NCBI RefSeq assembly: GCF_048593235.1
Contig: NC_133617.1
Location: 488,788,958 to 488,852,957, forward strand
Reading direction: 5' to 3'
Length of the DNA: 64,000 bases
Origin: Sminthopsis crassicaudata
Lineage: Eukaryota
Part shown: positions 1 through 15,483 of the stretch, piece after piece
Layout of the letters: the number at the start of each line of letters is the position of its first letter
Position numbering within the stretch: the stretch's first letter is position 1
Notes under the pieces: generated by a model
The model's input: the letters and a program-made list of their open reading frames with translations, nothing else
Told to the model about the DNA's origin: nothing
Database searches by the model: none
Position numbers and translations under genes: made by a program

Positions 1-1450
1 GGAGATAGTTGTAAATAAGGAAAGGAGACTGAAGAGCAGTTAGATAGATAGGATGAAAGCCTGAAAAAAGCTGTATTATGAAATCAAGGAAGGACTGGTC
101 AGCAGTATTGATGTAAAAAAAAATCAAGGAGAATGAAAAGTCCACTGGCTTTAACTAAAAATCAAAAAGCTGTTAGTGAACTTTGGGAAGAGTAATTTCA
201 GTAGAGTGGTGGAATCACAATCCATATTACAAAGACTTGGTGCAGAACTAGAGGCAAGGAATGTACACTACTCTTAAAGAGTTGAGCAATGAGGTCATGG
301 CAGGGTCAAAGAATAGTTTTTTAAGATAGTCAATAAACATTTATTATGTACCTACTATGTATCAGGCACTGTGCTAAGCACTGCTAGGGGAAACCTAAGC
401 ATACTTGTAAGCATTGGGGACTTAACCTCATAGAATAGTTGATGAGGGGGAAATTCCTGAAGAAGATGAAAACAAAGGCTCATAGGGAGGGATTAGCTTT
501 GGCAAAGAAAAAGGCCTTTGAGACTGGGGCAAAGGAATGGGTAAGAAGTTTTGAAGTTTGGAGGAAAAATGAGGGTATTCATGAGAGAAAGCCTCAGTCT
601 TCTCAATGAAGCTTGAAGCAAAATCATCTATTTTTAGAGATGGGATTGAAGAGGGAGCTGGAGATCTAAGGAGAAAGAAGTTTGGAACAGCTATTCTGAG
701 TCATACAGTAGTCATTCAGAGATCAACAAAAAGATTGTCATGCTGTCATGAGCACTCATTTGAAGTTAGCTAATGTGAATTTGTAGGGAGCTCAGTTAAC
801 ATGATTGGGATAGATTGGGAATAGAAAATAGTGAGGAGGAACCAAAATTAACAGTGTGAACCCCACAAAGACAAGAAGAAAAGTGATTCAAAGATGAAGG
901 ACAATATCGTTTTTAATTTGTTAACTAAAGATTCTAAGTTGAATGAGGTCAGAACAGAGATGAAGGCATAGAAAAGGCGGGGGGGGGGGGGGAGAGATCA
1001 TAGGATCAGAGATCGCTATCAAGATAAAGAACAGGTTTAAGAGGTTCAGTAAGAGATGTAGAAGAACTGAAGATTGTGATCATAGGGGGATTTTAAAATT
1101 CAAGATCTTTAAGTAGAATGGTCTTGGTTGATGTTTGAATTTAACTAACCACAACTGTTGGTAGCCAAGGTAATGTAGAGAATGGAGTTCTAGGGATTGG
1201 GGGTTTTGATAAACTAGGAGGTCAAGATGTTCACAGGGTCAACATAAATATTGTTGTCACCAAGGACAAAAAGAGGAATTCTGGGTAAGAGAGACTCTTT
1301 CATCTCTACTAAGCTCATTGAGAAAGGAGGAAGAGTGATTTGGAGTTTGATAGGAAAAAGAACCTAGACAAGTGCTAGAGATGGATAATGTAAAGGACTT
1401 ATTAAGTATACATTATGGTAAAATAGTATATGTAAAAGATAGAGCTGACT
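1..1450 (-). mobile_element. LINE-2 fragments (3' end near 325-385; endonuclease-coding remnant near 1100-1400)
   Basis: aataaacatttattatgtacctactatgtatcaggcactgtgctaag is a typical L2 3' end; the reverse complement near 1230-1270 reads as a degenerate LGDxNIxVD AP-endonuclease motif. Confidence 0.65.
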
Positions 1451-2019
1451 TCAGTGTTAGAGATCTGTTAAAGATCTGCTTCATAGTAATTGTGTGATAT
1501 TGGACAATGTCTCAGAGCTCTATCTAGGGAGTTCTCTGAGGCCATCATTTGCAGAAATAGTGCTGGTCTCTGTTGGTAGAAGAAATTAGAAGAAAATCTT
1601 CACTGAGAACCCTGTATACCAGGGATAGGGAACATCTGCTCTGTGGGCCTTATACGGCCCACAAAATCATTTGCTAAGACAGCTCCTGGCAATTATGAGC
1701 TGAAAGCTAGGTACAACAACTTCCCAATGCTTGAGTTCTATAAGATGATAATTTTGTGTGGCCACAAATGATGTTATAAATATCCAAAGGGCCTTTGGAG
1801 GAAAAAAAGGTTCTTTAAGCCCTCCTCTACACCAGTAGTAACACAGTTTTAGGGGAAAATGTGCAAGGCCCCTCAGCTCTGCCTACTCTCTGCTATGAAT
1901 TAAGGATACAAAAAGGAATAAGACATGGTCCCTTCTCTCTAGGAGTTTGTAATCCTAATTAGGGAAATAGAATATGGACACAAATAACTACAAAAGATAT
2001 CAAAGAAGGTTGAGATATC

Positions 2020-2190
2020 CCTTAAGTAAGAAATTGCTTGGGTCTGGGCACTACTTCACTATTTAATAGACATTTACTAGCTGGATGACCTTAGGTAAAT
2101 TATTCTCTGGGCCTCAGTTGCCTGCTCTGTTAAATATGGGAGTTGGACTAAATGATCAGTGACCTCTTAATGTCTCTTCTAGTTCTACAA
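2020..2190 (+). mobile_element. MIR/CORE-SINE
   Basis: CORE motif gaccttaggtaaatt...ctctgggcctcagtt...ctctgttaaatatggg. Confidence 0.6.
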
Positions 2191-2199
2191 TCTATGATT

Positions 2200-2830
2200 C
2201 TGTTCTTTTGGCTTGGGAGTTCAGGGATGACTTCATGAGGAGAGGTATATTGGAATAAAAGAGTGAATGGAGAGAAGTAATACATAAAGCTAGAAAAGGG
2301 CAAGATTGCAGAAGGCATTAAATGCTAGTCTAAGGAGTATGAACTTTGTTTTCAATAGGTAAAGCAATTTGAGATTTTTGACTAAGGAAGTGTGATAGAC
2401 CTTAGTTAGATTAGTCTAGATGAATTGGCTTTAGGAAGGGCTAGATGCTATTACAGTTGTCCCGGAAAGAGGCAATGAGGCCCTGATCTGAAATAGAAGA
2501 TAGCATTGGAAGTGAAAAAATATGATGAGTGTATGACATAGATTATGGAAGAACTGACAGAATTTGGTGAAGGGTTGAGTGTTGGGAGAGGGGAAGTTGA
2601 AAAATGACTTCTAAGACTCGGATCCAGGAGAAATGGGGAAATAATGATGCCATTGACAAAAATGGAGAAGTTGGGGAAGTAATTTGGTGGAAATATATTA
2701 CATTTGGCTTGTAAAATTTGAGGTACCTGGGGGACATCTAGGGAGAGATATCTATCATATATTTGGGCATCTCAAGTAAGAACTGAAGATAAAGATTTCA
2801 GAGTCAGTAGGATAGCAGTGAAAATTGTTG
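2200..2830 (-). mobile_element. LINE-2 fragment
   Basis: Characteristic L2 phrases (gaaggcattaaatgc...aaggag, gactgacagaatttggt, tttgaggtacctgggggacatc). Confidence 0.65.
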
Positions 2831-3226
2831 GGTTGAAAGACTGTAGAAAGAAAAATGGCAGAATGGAGGTTGGCAAGATAGTGGACTTGAATGAGCCTCC
2901 TGGATGTTCAGACCCAGCTGGACTCATGGTTTGGCTGCTGCTGCTGCTCCAAAACCAGGCAGAGAAGGCGGTGGAGAGGCAGGCCTGGCAGGTGGCAGCC
3001 TTTCTCCTATAGCTCTTTTCTCCCTCTTCATAAGAACATCATTAAATCATTAGTCTAAGGGGAGAAGAAAGAGTAGTGGCACTGTGGCAAGAGTCCTGGA
3101 AGCCAGGATATGTGCCAGAAGTCCAGGTTTAAGACAGGGCCTGGAAGGGTCAATGAGATGATCTCTTGGAACACAGCTGAGCCTTGTTGTGGCTTTTGGT
3201 CTCTGTCTTCCCCTTGTGGTTCCCAG

Positions 3227-3390
3227 GTGCTATGACAAGCGTCTGTGGCCCCGAATGGACCTGAGCCGAAGAAAATCACTAACCCCACCAATGCTGAGTG
3301 GTGTGGTTAGGCGGCAACCCCGGGCCCTGGATCTCAGCTGGACAGGAGTTTCCAAGAAGCAGCTCATGTGGCTCCTGAACAGGCTTCAAG
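3227..3390 (+). CDS. FBXL19: FBXL19 internal coding exon
   Basis: cccag|GTGC acceptor, CAAG|gtatga donor; [12 protein letters not shown]...LLNRLQ. Confidence 0.95.
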
Positions 3391-6300
3391 GTATGAAGGG
3401 GGAGAAGGGGGAAGGGGAAGGCTGATGGAGCAGGGACTCAGCCTGGCGTTAAGTATCTGAACCTGTACCCTGTCTCAGGCTTGCAGGAGCTGGTGCTGTC
3501 GGGCTGCTCTTGGCTCTCGGTCTCAGCATTGGGCTCAGCCCCATTGCCTGCATTGCGGCTTTTGGACCTCCGTTGGATTGAGGATGTTAAGGACTCCCAG
3601 CTCAGGGAGCTACTATTGCCTCCACCTGACACCAAACCAGGTGCTGCCTCATACAAGGCTCTGTAGCTTTCAGGCTCTTTCCAGGTGAAATCTCTCCCAT
3701 TCCTATCTATATTCTATTCATTCATTTATTCATCAAACATCATTTGAGAATCTACTGAGTGCAGAGCTCCATGGTCTATGCAAAGATAAGAAAGAACAAT
3801 TTTTTCTCTGATGGTGCTCCCTTATGAAGTTGATATATGTGGGAATTAAGCTGAGATTTGAAGGATAGGTCAGTTTGTAACAGGTAGATATTAGGGGGTG
3901 AGAATGATGGTGAAATTTTAGGGGAAGAATCACAGGTAGCATTATATAATCATAGTCCATCATTCTTGTGCTAAATAAGGAAACTGAGGACAAGGGAAGT
4001 TAAATGCAGACTCAAGGTCACACAAATTATCAGAACTAGGTTTCAAGCACTCATGTTCTGTCTCCAAATCTATTTTTTTTTTTTTTTTCCATTTCACTCA
4101 AATTCTAGGCAGAATGAATGGCCGAGTAAAGAGTTAAAAGTAGAAGGTCAAAGTCTGTGTCTGAGAATTGGAAATTGTTCCATTTGATCAATACCACCTT
4201 AATTCTGTATGACACCAGGCACTTGCATATCCATTATCTTATTTGAGCCTTATAATAGTATTGTAAAGAAGGTAGATCATTAATCATTAATAGAATCAAA
4301 AAATGTGGGAGTTGGATCAGAGGTCATCTAGTTGAACTCATACATGAAAAGAAAATCCCCTTTGTAAGATTCACCTTTCTCTAAAAAAAACCTTCCAGTA
4401 ATTATTTCTCACTCATTTCAAATTTGAATTATTAGGGATTTTTCTTTAAGTTAAACAATTTGTCACCCATTTTTTGTTATTAATTTTTTCAGTTATGTCT
4501 CATTGTTTGGGACCCCATTTATGGTTTTCTTGGCAAAGATACTAGAGTAGTTTGCTATTTCCTTCTCCAGCTCACTTTCCAGATGAGTTAACTGAGGTAA
4601 ACAGGGTTAAATGACTTGTCCGGGGTCCTATAGCTATGAAGTGTCTGACTATATTATAATGAACTTAGGAAGATAAACTCAGGGTCTTCCTGACTCCACT
4701 GTGCCCCCTAATGCAAACAATAACAACAAGTATCATTCATTAAGAACAAGCCAAAAAAAAAAAAAATCTAATCTTTCTTCCATGTGATAATCTTAAAAAA
4801 AAAAAAAAAAACTTTAAGAAAACTTCCCCTGCCCCCTTTTTTACATTGAAAACATCTTTGAACTTATCTTTGTACTTCATGATTTTGAGCCTCTTCACCT
4901 CACTCTGATCATTCTTCTTTGGGTACACTTCAATCTGTTAATATTGTTGCTAAAATGTAGCATTTACAATTGAACATAGTATTCTGAATGCTGACCGACC
5001 ATCATGGGCAGACTATATAAGCTTGCCAATGCAAAGTATATGTTGTGTTTCTACTAATGTAGCACGATAATAGTAATGTAGCCATATACCAGTAAAACCA
5101 AGTTGAGGTCTCTATCCCATTGGTGAGTTGGGAGGGAGGTGTTTGCTCCAAGCATGTGAAGTCTTCCACAGGGGAATGGGCAGATGAGAACAGTTTGTTT
5201 CAGTGACCATGAATAAGGAGCACATAGAGCTTGGCCAGACATAGAAGACCATGGTCACCCATTGTATCTGGGTCATCACTATTGCTACTGGACTTTGATG
5301 ACTCAAGAAGAGAGAGTGAGGCTGATAACTTTGTGCAATTCTGCCTCACTAAAATCCAATTCATGGGCAAGTCAGGACATCACCCCATGGTGTTATTGGT
5401 CTTCTTGGAAACAAGGTTGAATAGCAACAATGAGCTTTTAGTCCATTCAGTCCTCTTAAGTTTTGGGGGGAGGTTGCCACTAGATTTGTGATGTCTTTGT
5501 GTCTTCCCCCCTCTTAATATAGCTATTTTTAAAAATTAAGTATGAAAATTAATTTTAGGTTCATAGGATTATCTGTTCTTTCCCTCTAAACCTATAAAAT
5601 AGTTAAAATATCTTAATATATCCCTCTCCTTTGCCCCTCCTAGAAAGTCACCTTTTATAACAAGGAAGAAAAAATGAGGGGAAAAAAATAAGCAACACAG
5701 CAGCCAAATCTGACAGTATATGTACTATTCTATAGCTACAATTTTCCATCTCTTCTGTGGAATCAAGCTTGGTCATTATTTCACAACACTCAGTTTTGAT
5801 TATATTGTTCTTTCCATTTACACAGTTACAGCCCTTGTATATATATTTTCTTGATTCTTATTTCTTTACTTTGTATCAGTCCATATAAGGTTTCCCATGC
5901 TTTTTTATAGTTGTCATTTGTTTAGATACATATGGGCATCTACTTTGTTTCTTTCTTTCTTTTTTTTTTTTTTGCTACTACAAAAAGTACTGTTACAAAT
6001 GTTTTAGTTTGTTTCAAGTATTTAAGCACTTTTTTCTTTTTCCTTTTTTTTTTTTTTTTTTTTTGCTAAGACAGTTGTATTAGGGTTAAGTGACTTTCCC
6101 CAGGGTCACTCAGCTAGGAAGTGTTAAGTGTCTGGGGCCAGTTTTTAATGCAGGTCCTCCTGACTTCAGTGCTGATTCTCTATCCACTGTACCACCTAGC
6201 TGCCCCCTTTTGTTCTAATCTTGAACTTTTTGAGATATGTGCCTCATAGTGGACTCTTGAGTAAAGAGTCTGAACATTTTTGTCTCTTAATTGTTCCAGA

Positions 6301-9300
6301 ATGGCTAGACCAATTCAAAACTCCCATCAATATACTAGTGAACCTATGTTTCAAAAATCATTCCAACATCTACTATCCTTATTTTTTTTTTCCCTGATTA
6401 TCCCTACCTTTTCCAGTTTGTTCAAAGTGACACAAAATTTTAGAGTTGTTTTGATTCCCATTTTTCTTATCAATAATGATTTAGAATAATCTTTCATATG
6501 GTTGTTCATAGCTTTGCAGTTCTCTTTTACAAGTGAACTAAACTGTTCAAACCCTTTGACCACTTGTCATTTGGGGAATGGCTTTCTTTCTTTTGTGTTT
6601 ACATTAATTCTCTATAGATCTTGGATATTTGAACCTTCTCTGATGCAAAGATCTTATAGATGAAAATTTTATATTATTTAGTAGAATTAATATTTGAAGA
6701 GTATTCCATCTATTTCAAGGCGTTGATAAAAATGTTGAGCAGAACAGGTCTCTTTGGCATTCCACTAATGATTTTCCTCTAGTTTGACATCAATCTATCA
6801 TTTGCTACAATTTGGGTCAGATTGGTAATTCACCCAATTCTAAATACTATCTGCATCATTATCTAATTACATATCACTAACTTGCTCACAAGCATCTTGA
6901 GAGATTTTGTCAGTTGCTTAGGTAAAATGCATGTGTACTTCTCAGTCTACCATTCTAGTGAGTATGTCCAAAAAAAGGAAATTAGTTTAGTCTGACAGGT
7001 CTTCCTTTTTCTGTGTCACATATATATATATATATATTTAAGAATCCGCCTTCTCATTTTTGAAAGTAGGCATATTGTTTGCTTCTTTGTAGTTTTCAGC
7101 ATGTCTTTCATCCTTCACAGTTTCTGAAGATCAGTAGTTGCAGCTCAGCAGCTATGTCATCCTGTTCTTTCATTTCCCTAGAATTTAATGCTTTTAGGCC
7201 TGGCGGTGACTTAACTCATTGAGAGTAACTAGGTGCCCTTCTCCTATCTTGAATTCTTATCTTGAATTTTATTTCCTTGTTAACAATTCTTGTCTTATTT
7301 TCTTGGTATGAAGATTGTTTTCCTTAGTAGAAAAAAGCAGATGTATAATGGAATTAAGTACTTCTACTTATTATTGCTTCATTTATTATCCCATCTACTC
7401 TAAGCAATAATCCTGTCTCTTTTTAAAGTTTTTCTTCTTCTTGCCCCCAACATAGGTTTAATCCAGTTGTTTGGGTTTTTTTTTTATTTTCAAAAGTATT
7501 TTATTTTTCCAAATACATATAAAGATTGTTTTCAAACATTCTTTTTATTAAGACATAAGACTTTAAGATTTTTAAGAAAAATGTTCCAAATCTTCTCTTT
7601 CCTCCCCAAGATACCAGGTAATCTGATATAAGTTAAATATGTGAAATTCTTTTAAACATATTTCCATATTTGTCATGTTGTACAGGAAAAATCAGACTGA
7701 AAGAAAAAGCCACAAGAAAGAAAAACAAACAAATGAGGTGGAAAAGGCTCTGCTTTGATCCACATTCAGTCTTCATAATTGTCTGGATGAAGTTGGCATT
7801 TTCCATCCCAAATCTATTGGAATTGCTTAGAATCACTTCATTGTTGAGAAGAGCTAATTCCATCACAGTTGATAGTCACATAATCTTGTTACTGTGTACA
7901 ATGTTCTCCTGGTTCTGCTTGCTTCAATCGGCATCAGTTCAAAGTCTTAACAAACTTTTCTGAAATCATCTGCTTATGACTTCATGATTTCATGATAGTA
8001 ATCTGCTCATTTTTTCTTTTTTAATATTATTTTATTTTTCCAAATACATGCAAAGATAGTTTTCATCTTTGCAAAATTTTGTATTCAAAAATGTCCCCCT
8101 CTCCCCAAGATAGCATGCAAATCCTATTTAGGTAAAACATGTGTAATTCATCATCTTACACCAAAAACAAAGACAGCCAAGGTGGGGGGAGGGGGGAGAG
8201 AGATCTGAGAAAGGAGGGGAAGGAAAAAACAACAAGCAAATAACAACCAAAAAAAAAAGGGGATGTGTGAAAATACTTTGCTTTGATCTATATTCAGTCT
8301 TCATGGTTCTCTTGATGTGGATGGCACGATCCATTCCAAATCTATTGGAATTTCCTTGAATCACCTAATTGTTGAAAAAAGCCAAGTTCATTACAGTTTC
8401 ATTATTGTAATCTTCTTGTTACTGTGTACAATATTCTCTTGGTTCTGCCTACTTCTGTCAGCATCAGTTCATGTAAGTCTTCCTGGGCATTTCTGAAATC
8501 ATTCTGCTGATCATTTTTTATAGAACAATAATAATCGATTATTTTCATATATTATAACGTATTCAGCCATTCCCCAACTGATGGGCATCCACTCAGTTTC
8601 CAGTTCCTTGCCAGCCAGGAACAAAAAGGGCTTCTGCAAACATATTTGCACTAATGGGTCCTTTTCCCTCTTTTATACTCTCTTTGTTAACCTAGTTATT
8701 TGTAAGAAAACTGAGGTCCATGGAAATGAAATGATTTAACTGAAGACATAGGCTATTCAGAGCTAAGGCTAGAGCTTAAATCTCTGGCTCCCAGGGCTTT
8801 TTTCTCCTCCACTATCTTCATAATTCAGCAAATCTCTCCGCCACTCTAGTTGTGATCAAGCTGCTGTTTTCCTTGTCCTTGTATAGCTTTCAATGCAGTT
8901 GAATGTTTGGGAATTTTACATTTGATTAGCCAGTTCATCAGGGCCACCTAAATGAAATAGAAATAGGTGCTAAAAGGTGTGAAAACAGGCCACTTTGGGC
9001 TAAGCAGGATTTGAAGTGTTTGAGCTTGAAGAGTAGCTAATTATTATTATTATTATCTGTCTGTGAAGGCTTTCAGATTTTTCAAACCATTTTTATATTC
9101 ACTCAGAGTCTGTACCTCTTAATATCTTTCTGAGTAGGCAGAACAAAGTTGTTTGCATTTGAAATGAAGAGTTCCAGTTGGGTGATCTCTAACATCCAAG
9201 CCAACCCTTTAAAAACAGTACACCTATTTTACAGATGAGAAACTGAGGCCCAGGAGGAGTAAAGTAAAACAATGATATAATAGAGCTGAGACCTAGACAT

Positions 9301-10087
9301 GGATGTTTCTTCTTTCTGTTAATCCTATTAGAACTTAACTGAGTGGAGAGAATGCCACAGGGTATTTGAGATAGGGAAAGAGTGTAAGAAAAGTATGGCT
9401 ATTTCTTTCAGTAATTCACATCTCTTTAATCTGTCCCTTCCAACCTCTCTCAGCACCTGTTCTTAACATTACCCATGGTTGTTGGGGTGGGAAGGGTAGA
9501 TGCTAGGATTGTTAGTACTATGAACTGGGGAAAGAGATTAAGGATCCATGTAGGGCCTGACTCCCTCTCCTGTACCTCTAGGCCAAACGGAGAGCAGGGG
9601 ACGGCTGCAAGGGGTGGCTGAGCTGCGTCTGGCTGGCCTGGAGCTGACAGATGCCTCCCTCCGCCTTCTCCTACGCCATGCTCCCCAGCTCAGTGCCCTT
9701 GACCTCAGCCACTGCGCCCATGTTGGGGATCCCAGTGTCCACCTCCTCACAGCCCCCACCTCCCCGCTCCGTGAGACCCTTGTTCACCTCAACCTAGCGG
9801 GTAAGCAACCCTCATCCCTTTCTCCTGCTACCAGGAGCTCCTCAGCCCTCATTAGTAGCTTTGCCCCCTCCCCAGAGTGAGCCACATGTCAGCCGCTGCC
9901 ACCCTCAGGTTGCCACCGCCTCACGGATCACTGCCTCCCGCTCTTCCGACGATGCACCAGACTTCGACGCCTGGATCTTCGCTCCTGTCGCCAACTCTCA
10001 CCTGAAGCCTGTGCCAGGCTGGCAGCTGCAGGTCCCCCTGGTCCCTTCCGATGCCCTGAGGAGAAGCTGCTGCTCAAGGACAGCTAG
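3227..10087 (+). CDS. FBXL19: F-box/LRR protein 19, 3' part only; join(3227..3390,3479..3640,9582..9800,9909..10087); upstream exons lie outside the window
   Basis: Spliced translation [18 protein letters not shown]...[11 protein letters not shown]...[17 protein letters not shown]...[13 protein letters not shown]...EEKLLLKDS* matches the FBXL19 C-terminal LRRs. All introns GT-AG, phases consistent. Confidence 0.97.
3479..3640 (+). CDS. FBXL19: FBXL19 internal coding exon
   Basis: ctcag|GC acceptor, CCAG|gtgctg donor; [12 protein letters not shown]...PPPDTKP. Confidence 0.95.
4495..4720 (-). mobile_element. MAR1-like marsupial CORE-SINE
   Basis: ttttcttggcaaagatactagagtagtttgctatttccttctccag (RTE-like tail) joined to CORE actgaggtaaacagggttaaatgacttgtcc. 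Confidence 0.7.
5690..6650 (-). mobile_element. L1 3'/ORF2 fragments interrupted by a SINE
   Basis: ORF 6351..6563(-) reads [15 protein letters not shown], like L1 ORF2 SLLIREMQIKTT. Confidence 0.6.
6045..6207 (-). mobile_element. Marsupial tRNA-headed CORE-SINE with poly(A) tail
   Basis: poly-T then gggttaagtgactt..ccagggtcactcagctagg...tatccactgtaccacctagctgcccc (reverse of the SINE head). Confidence 0.8.
7490..7975 (-). mobile_element. L1 3' end fragment, copy 1
   Basis: Colinear similarity to 8030-8510. Confidence 0.7.
8025..8690 (-). mobile_element. L1 3' end fragment, copy 2, including the ORF2 terminus
   Basis: attcagccattccccaactgatgggcatccactc is the reverse complement of the L1 sequence near 50970-51005. 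Confidence 0.8.
9582..9800 (+). CDS. FBXL19: FBXL19 penultimate coding exon
   Basis: tctag|GC acceptor, GCGG|gtaagc donor; [15 protein letters not shown]...HLNLA. Confidence 0.95.
9909..10087 (+). CDS. FBXL19: FBXL19 last coding exon
   Basis: ctcag|GT acceptor; [16 protein letters not shown]...[12 protein letters not shown] at 10085-10087. Confidence 0.95.
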
Positions 10088-11757
10088 TGGGGTGCCCCCC
10101 AACTTCCCCCAGGACTTGCAAGCCCTTATCTCGGGGCCCTTTTCCCCATCTCCCCAATCCATCACCCAGGGGCTGGGTCTCTCTACCTTCTGACTTGATT
10201 CTCCCACAGAGACTCAAGAACAACCCCCAACCCCCTGCACTGATATATTCCTGGGGGTTAATGTCTTCCCTTCCCATGCCCCTGCCTACTTCACTGTCCT
10301 GGGGGGAAGTGGGGCAGAGGTACTGACTTGGGGAGGGACTGGGGGGCTTGAAAGGGGGGAAGTTTAGGGGGGCAGCATTTAGGTGGAGGGGATTGGGAAT
10401 GTGGCTGGGGAAGGTTCTGGTGGTGGGGCAATCTGCACATTGCTAATGGGGATCCAGGGGGATGGGGAAAGCAGTGGGGGGAGGGGCGGTAAGCAGACAA
10501 GCATAAAGGGAATGAGGACCACATATTTGGGGGAGGGTGGGGGAGGGTTAAAAAGGGAAAACAGAAAGTGGGAGAAACGGGTGTCAGATTGAGGGCAGCT
10601 CAAAGGGAACAACTAAAATTGGGGTTGGGGAAAGGGATGAGGTGAGGCTGCAGAGGGAAGGGAGGGGATGGGAGCAAGCTATGGGGGAGCATCAGGCAGG
10701 CCAAGGGCTCCCCTCTTCCCATCCTTATCACCCTAAGATTGTCCCTTCCTCTCCCCTCTCCAACTCTTGAACCGTCACTGACATGGCAGCTAATTGTGGA
10801 GGTGGGGAGAGGACAGGGGCCTTTACTGCTGTACAGGGAATCGGGGCCCTGCCAGGGGAGTGAGGGATCTCCAGACTATCCCACTTCCCAGAAAAATACT
10901 TGAACATTCATCTGTACTGAAGTGTTACTTGAACTTAGGGGACTTTGGGGATGGGGAGGTGGGAGTTGGGGGAGGGGAAAGGGGTCAGGGGAAGTTACCA
11001 GTTTTGATTGGGTCGTTGGCAATTTGGACTGGGATATTCCCAGTCTTATTTTTACTGTATCTATCCTCTCTCACCCTCTGAAAGGGCCAGACAGCCAGTG
11101 ATGGGGAGAAGGGATTCCCCAAAGCTGTTTTTTTCCCCACCCCTTTTGTTGTCATGGAAACTTGCTTCCCATTCGCCCAGGGAAATGCCACTCCTGGTTG
11201 CCAAGGAAATAGCAGCCAATGGACACACTCCCAAAGCTAGTGCCCCAGCTGGAAAGGCCCCTCTAGGTTGCCATGGGAACTTCCAGGGTTTTTTTTTTTT
11301 CTCTCTCCTCTTTTACTCATCCCTGTCACTATAGTAACAGCCACTCCCCCTGAAACTCCACCCAAGAGGCGTGGCTCGGAGCTCTGTAGCTAGCTCCGCC
11401 CTATGGGTTTGTCTTGGGGAAGATACCCCAAACCCAAAGGGAGGAGTGGCTGTGGAGACTATCCTCTGACCACTTGGACTAAACCACTTGGGAGAGAGGG
11501 GGGAGGGGAGAGGGCAGAGTGAACCACATACCTCAGGTAACAGGGAGGGAAAAAGGATTGGGGAGGGAGGGAAGAGGTGGACCAAAGGCCGGGAGGGGGG
11601 GGGGGGTTGGGGTAGGGAGAAGCAGTTTGGAGATGGAACTATAGAGGATTTGAAGGATGAGGGCACAGAAAAGGAAATTGAGAAAATGGGAGCAAGGGGA
11701 GTGGGCTGGGCTGGGCCCCGGGCCCCCTGGATCTCGGAATTGTACAATATGGTTTGC

Positions 11758-11770
11758 TATAAAACATAAA
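11758..11770 (+). terminator. Probable FBXL19 polyadenylation signal (variant TATAAA/CATAAA)
   Basis: tgtacaatat...gcTATAAAaCATAAA with upstream UGUA and downstream GU/U-rich tract; I found no canonical AATAAA before the ORAI3 5' region. Confidence 0.45.
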
Positions 11771-12683
11771 ATCTTCCAGCTGAGGCCTATGGTGTGTCTA
11801 TTTTGTTGAAGTGGGAAGGTGGGGCAGTTTGGGAGGAAATCTAAAGTGTCTTGAGTACTGTCAGGGTACATAGAGTAGAATTTGTGTACCGAAAGAGAGA
11901 ATGGACTATGCAGTTTCCACGGTCTCTTCCTACTTATATTTAAGAACACTCCCAACTCACAGTCTGCCCCAGCTTCAGATTTTTACCAGTTTGGTTTTCT
12001 CCTTATAAGATTTAACTTCCGACCCAAAGGGAGCATATCTAAGACGCTGATACTTGTTTGCATGTGTCCATCCGACGGTTCTGCTCCGCTGCCCCCCCCA
12101 AAAAAAAAATTTCCTCCAAGATTGAAACGTAGAGTTGGGGGGGGGGGAGGAAGTTAAGAGAAGCAACTCCGGGGGAAGCTGGGATCCAAGAATCCTGACT
12201 ATTGGAGAGGGTAACTCAATGCAGGCACATTTCTGGGTCTCTGGGCCAGAGTGTTCGGACTGAGGATTTGGTCTCTTCCCCAGCTCCTCCCTCATCATGT
12301 GGCTGGCCCTTCCCCCTCCTCCCCCCCTCCCCGTCCCCGCCCCTAGCTCCAGTTCCTGTTTCTGCCTCTTCTCTTTTTCAGCCTCTGGGGCTCCCGCCTC
12401 CTACTCCTCCAGGGCCCTTTTTGCCTGAAGCTCTAAACTGACTTCTTCCTTCCGGGAACCAAGCATCCTAGCTCTGTCTAGTTCTGATGCTCCCCTCTCT
12501 TTTCCCTATTGCTCACCCCACTTCTAGATCTGACCAGCAAACTAGGGATGCTTAGAGACTGTCCGCATTTCCTTTGAATTCTCAGAACTATCCCTGCACT
12601 GGCATAGCTTCTTGGCTTCCCATCCAGAGTCCTAGTGTTCTCTGCTCTTTTGCTCCTTAGGAATAAGGTGGTACAGTTCCTAG

Positions 12684-15483
<2,800 letters not shown>

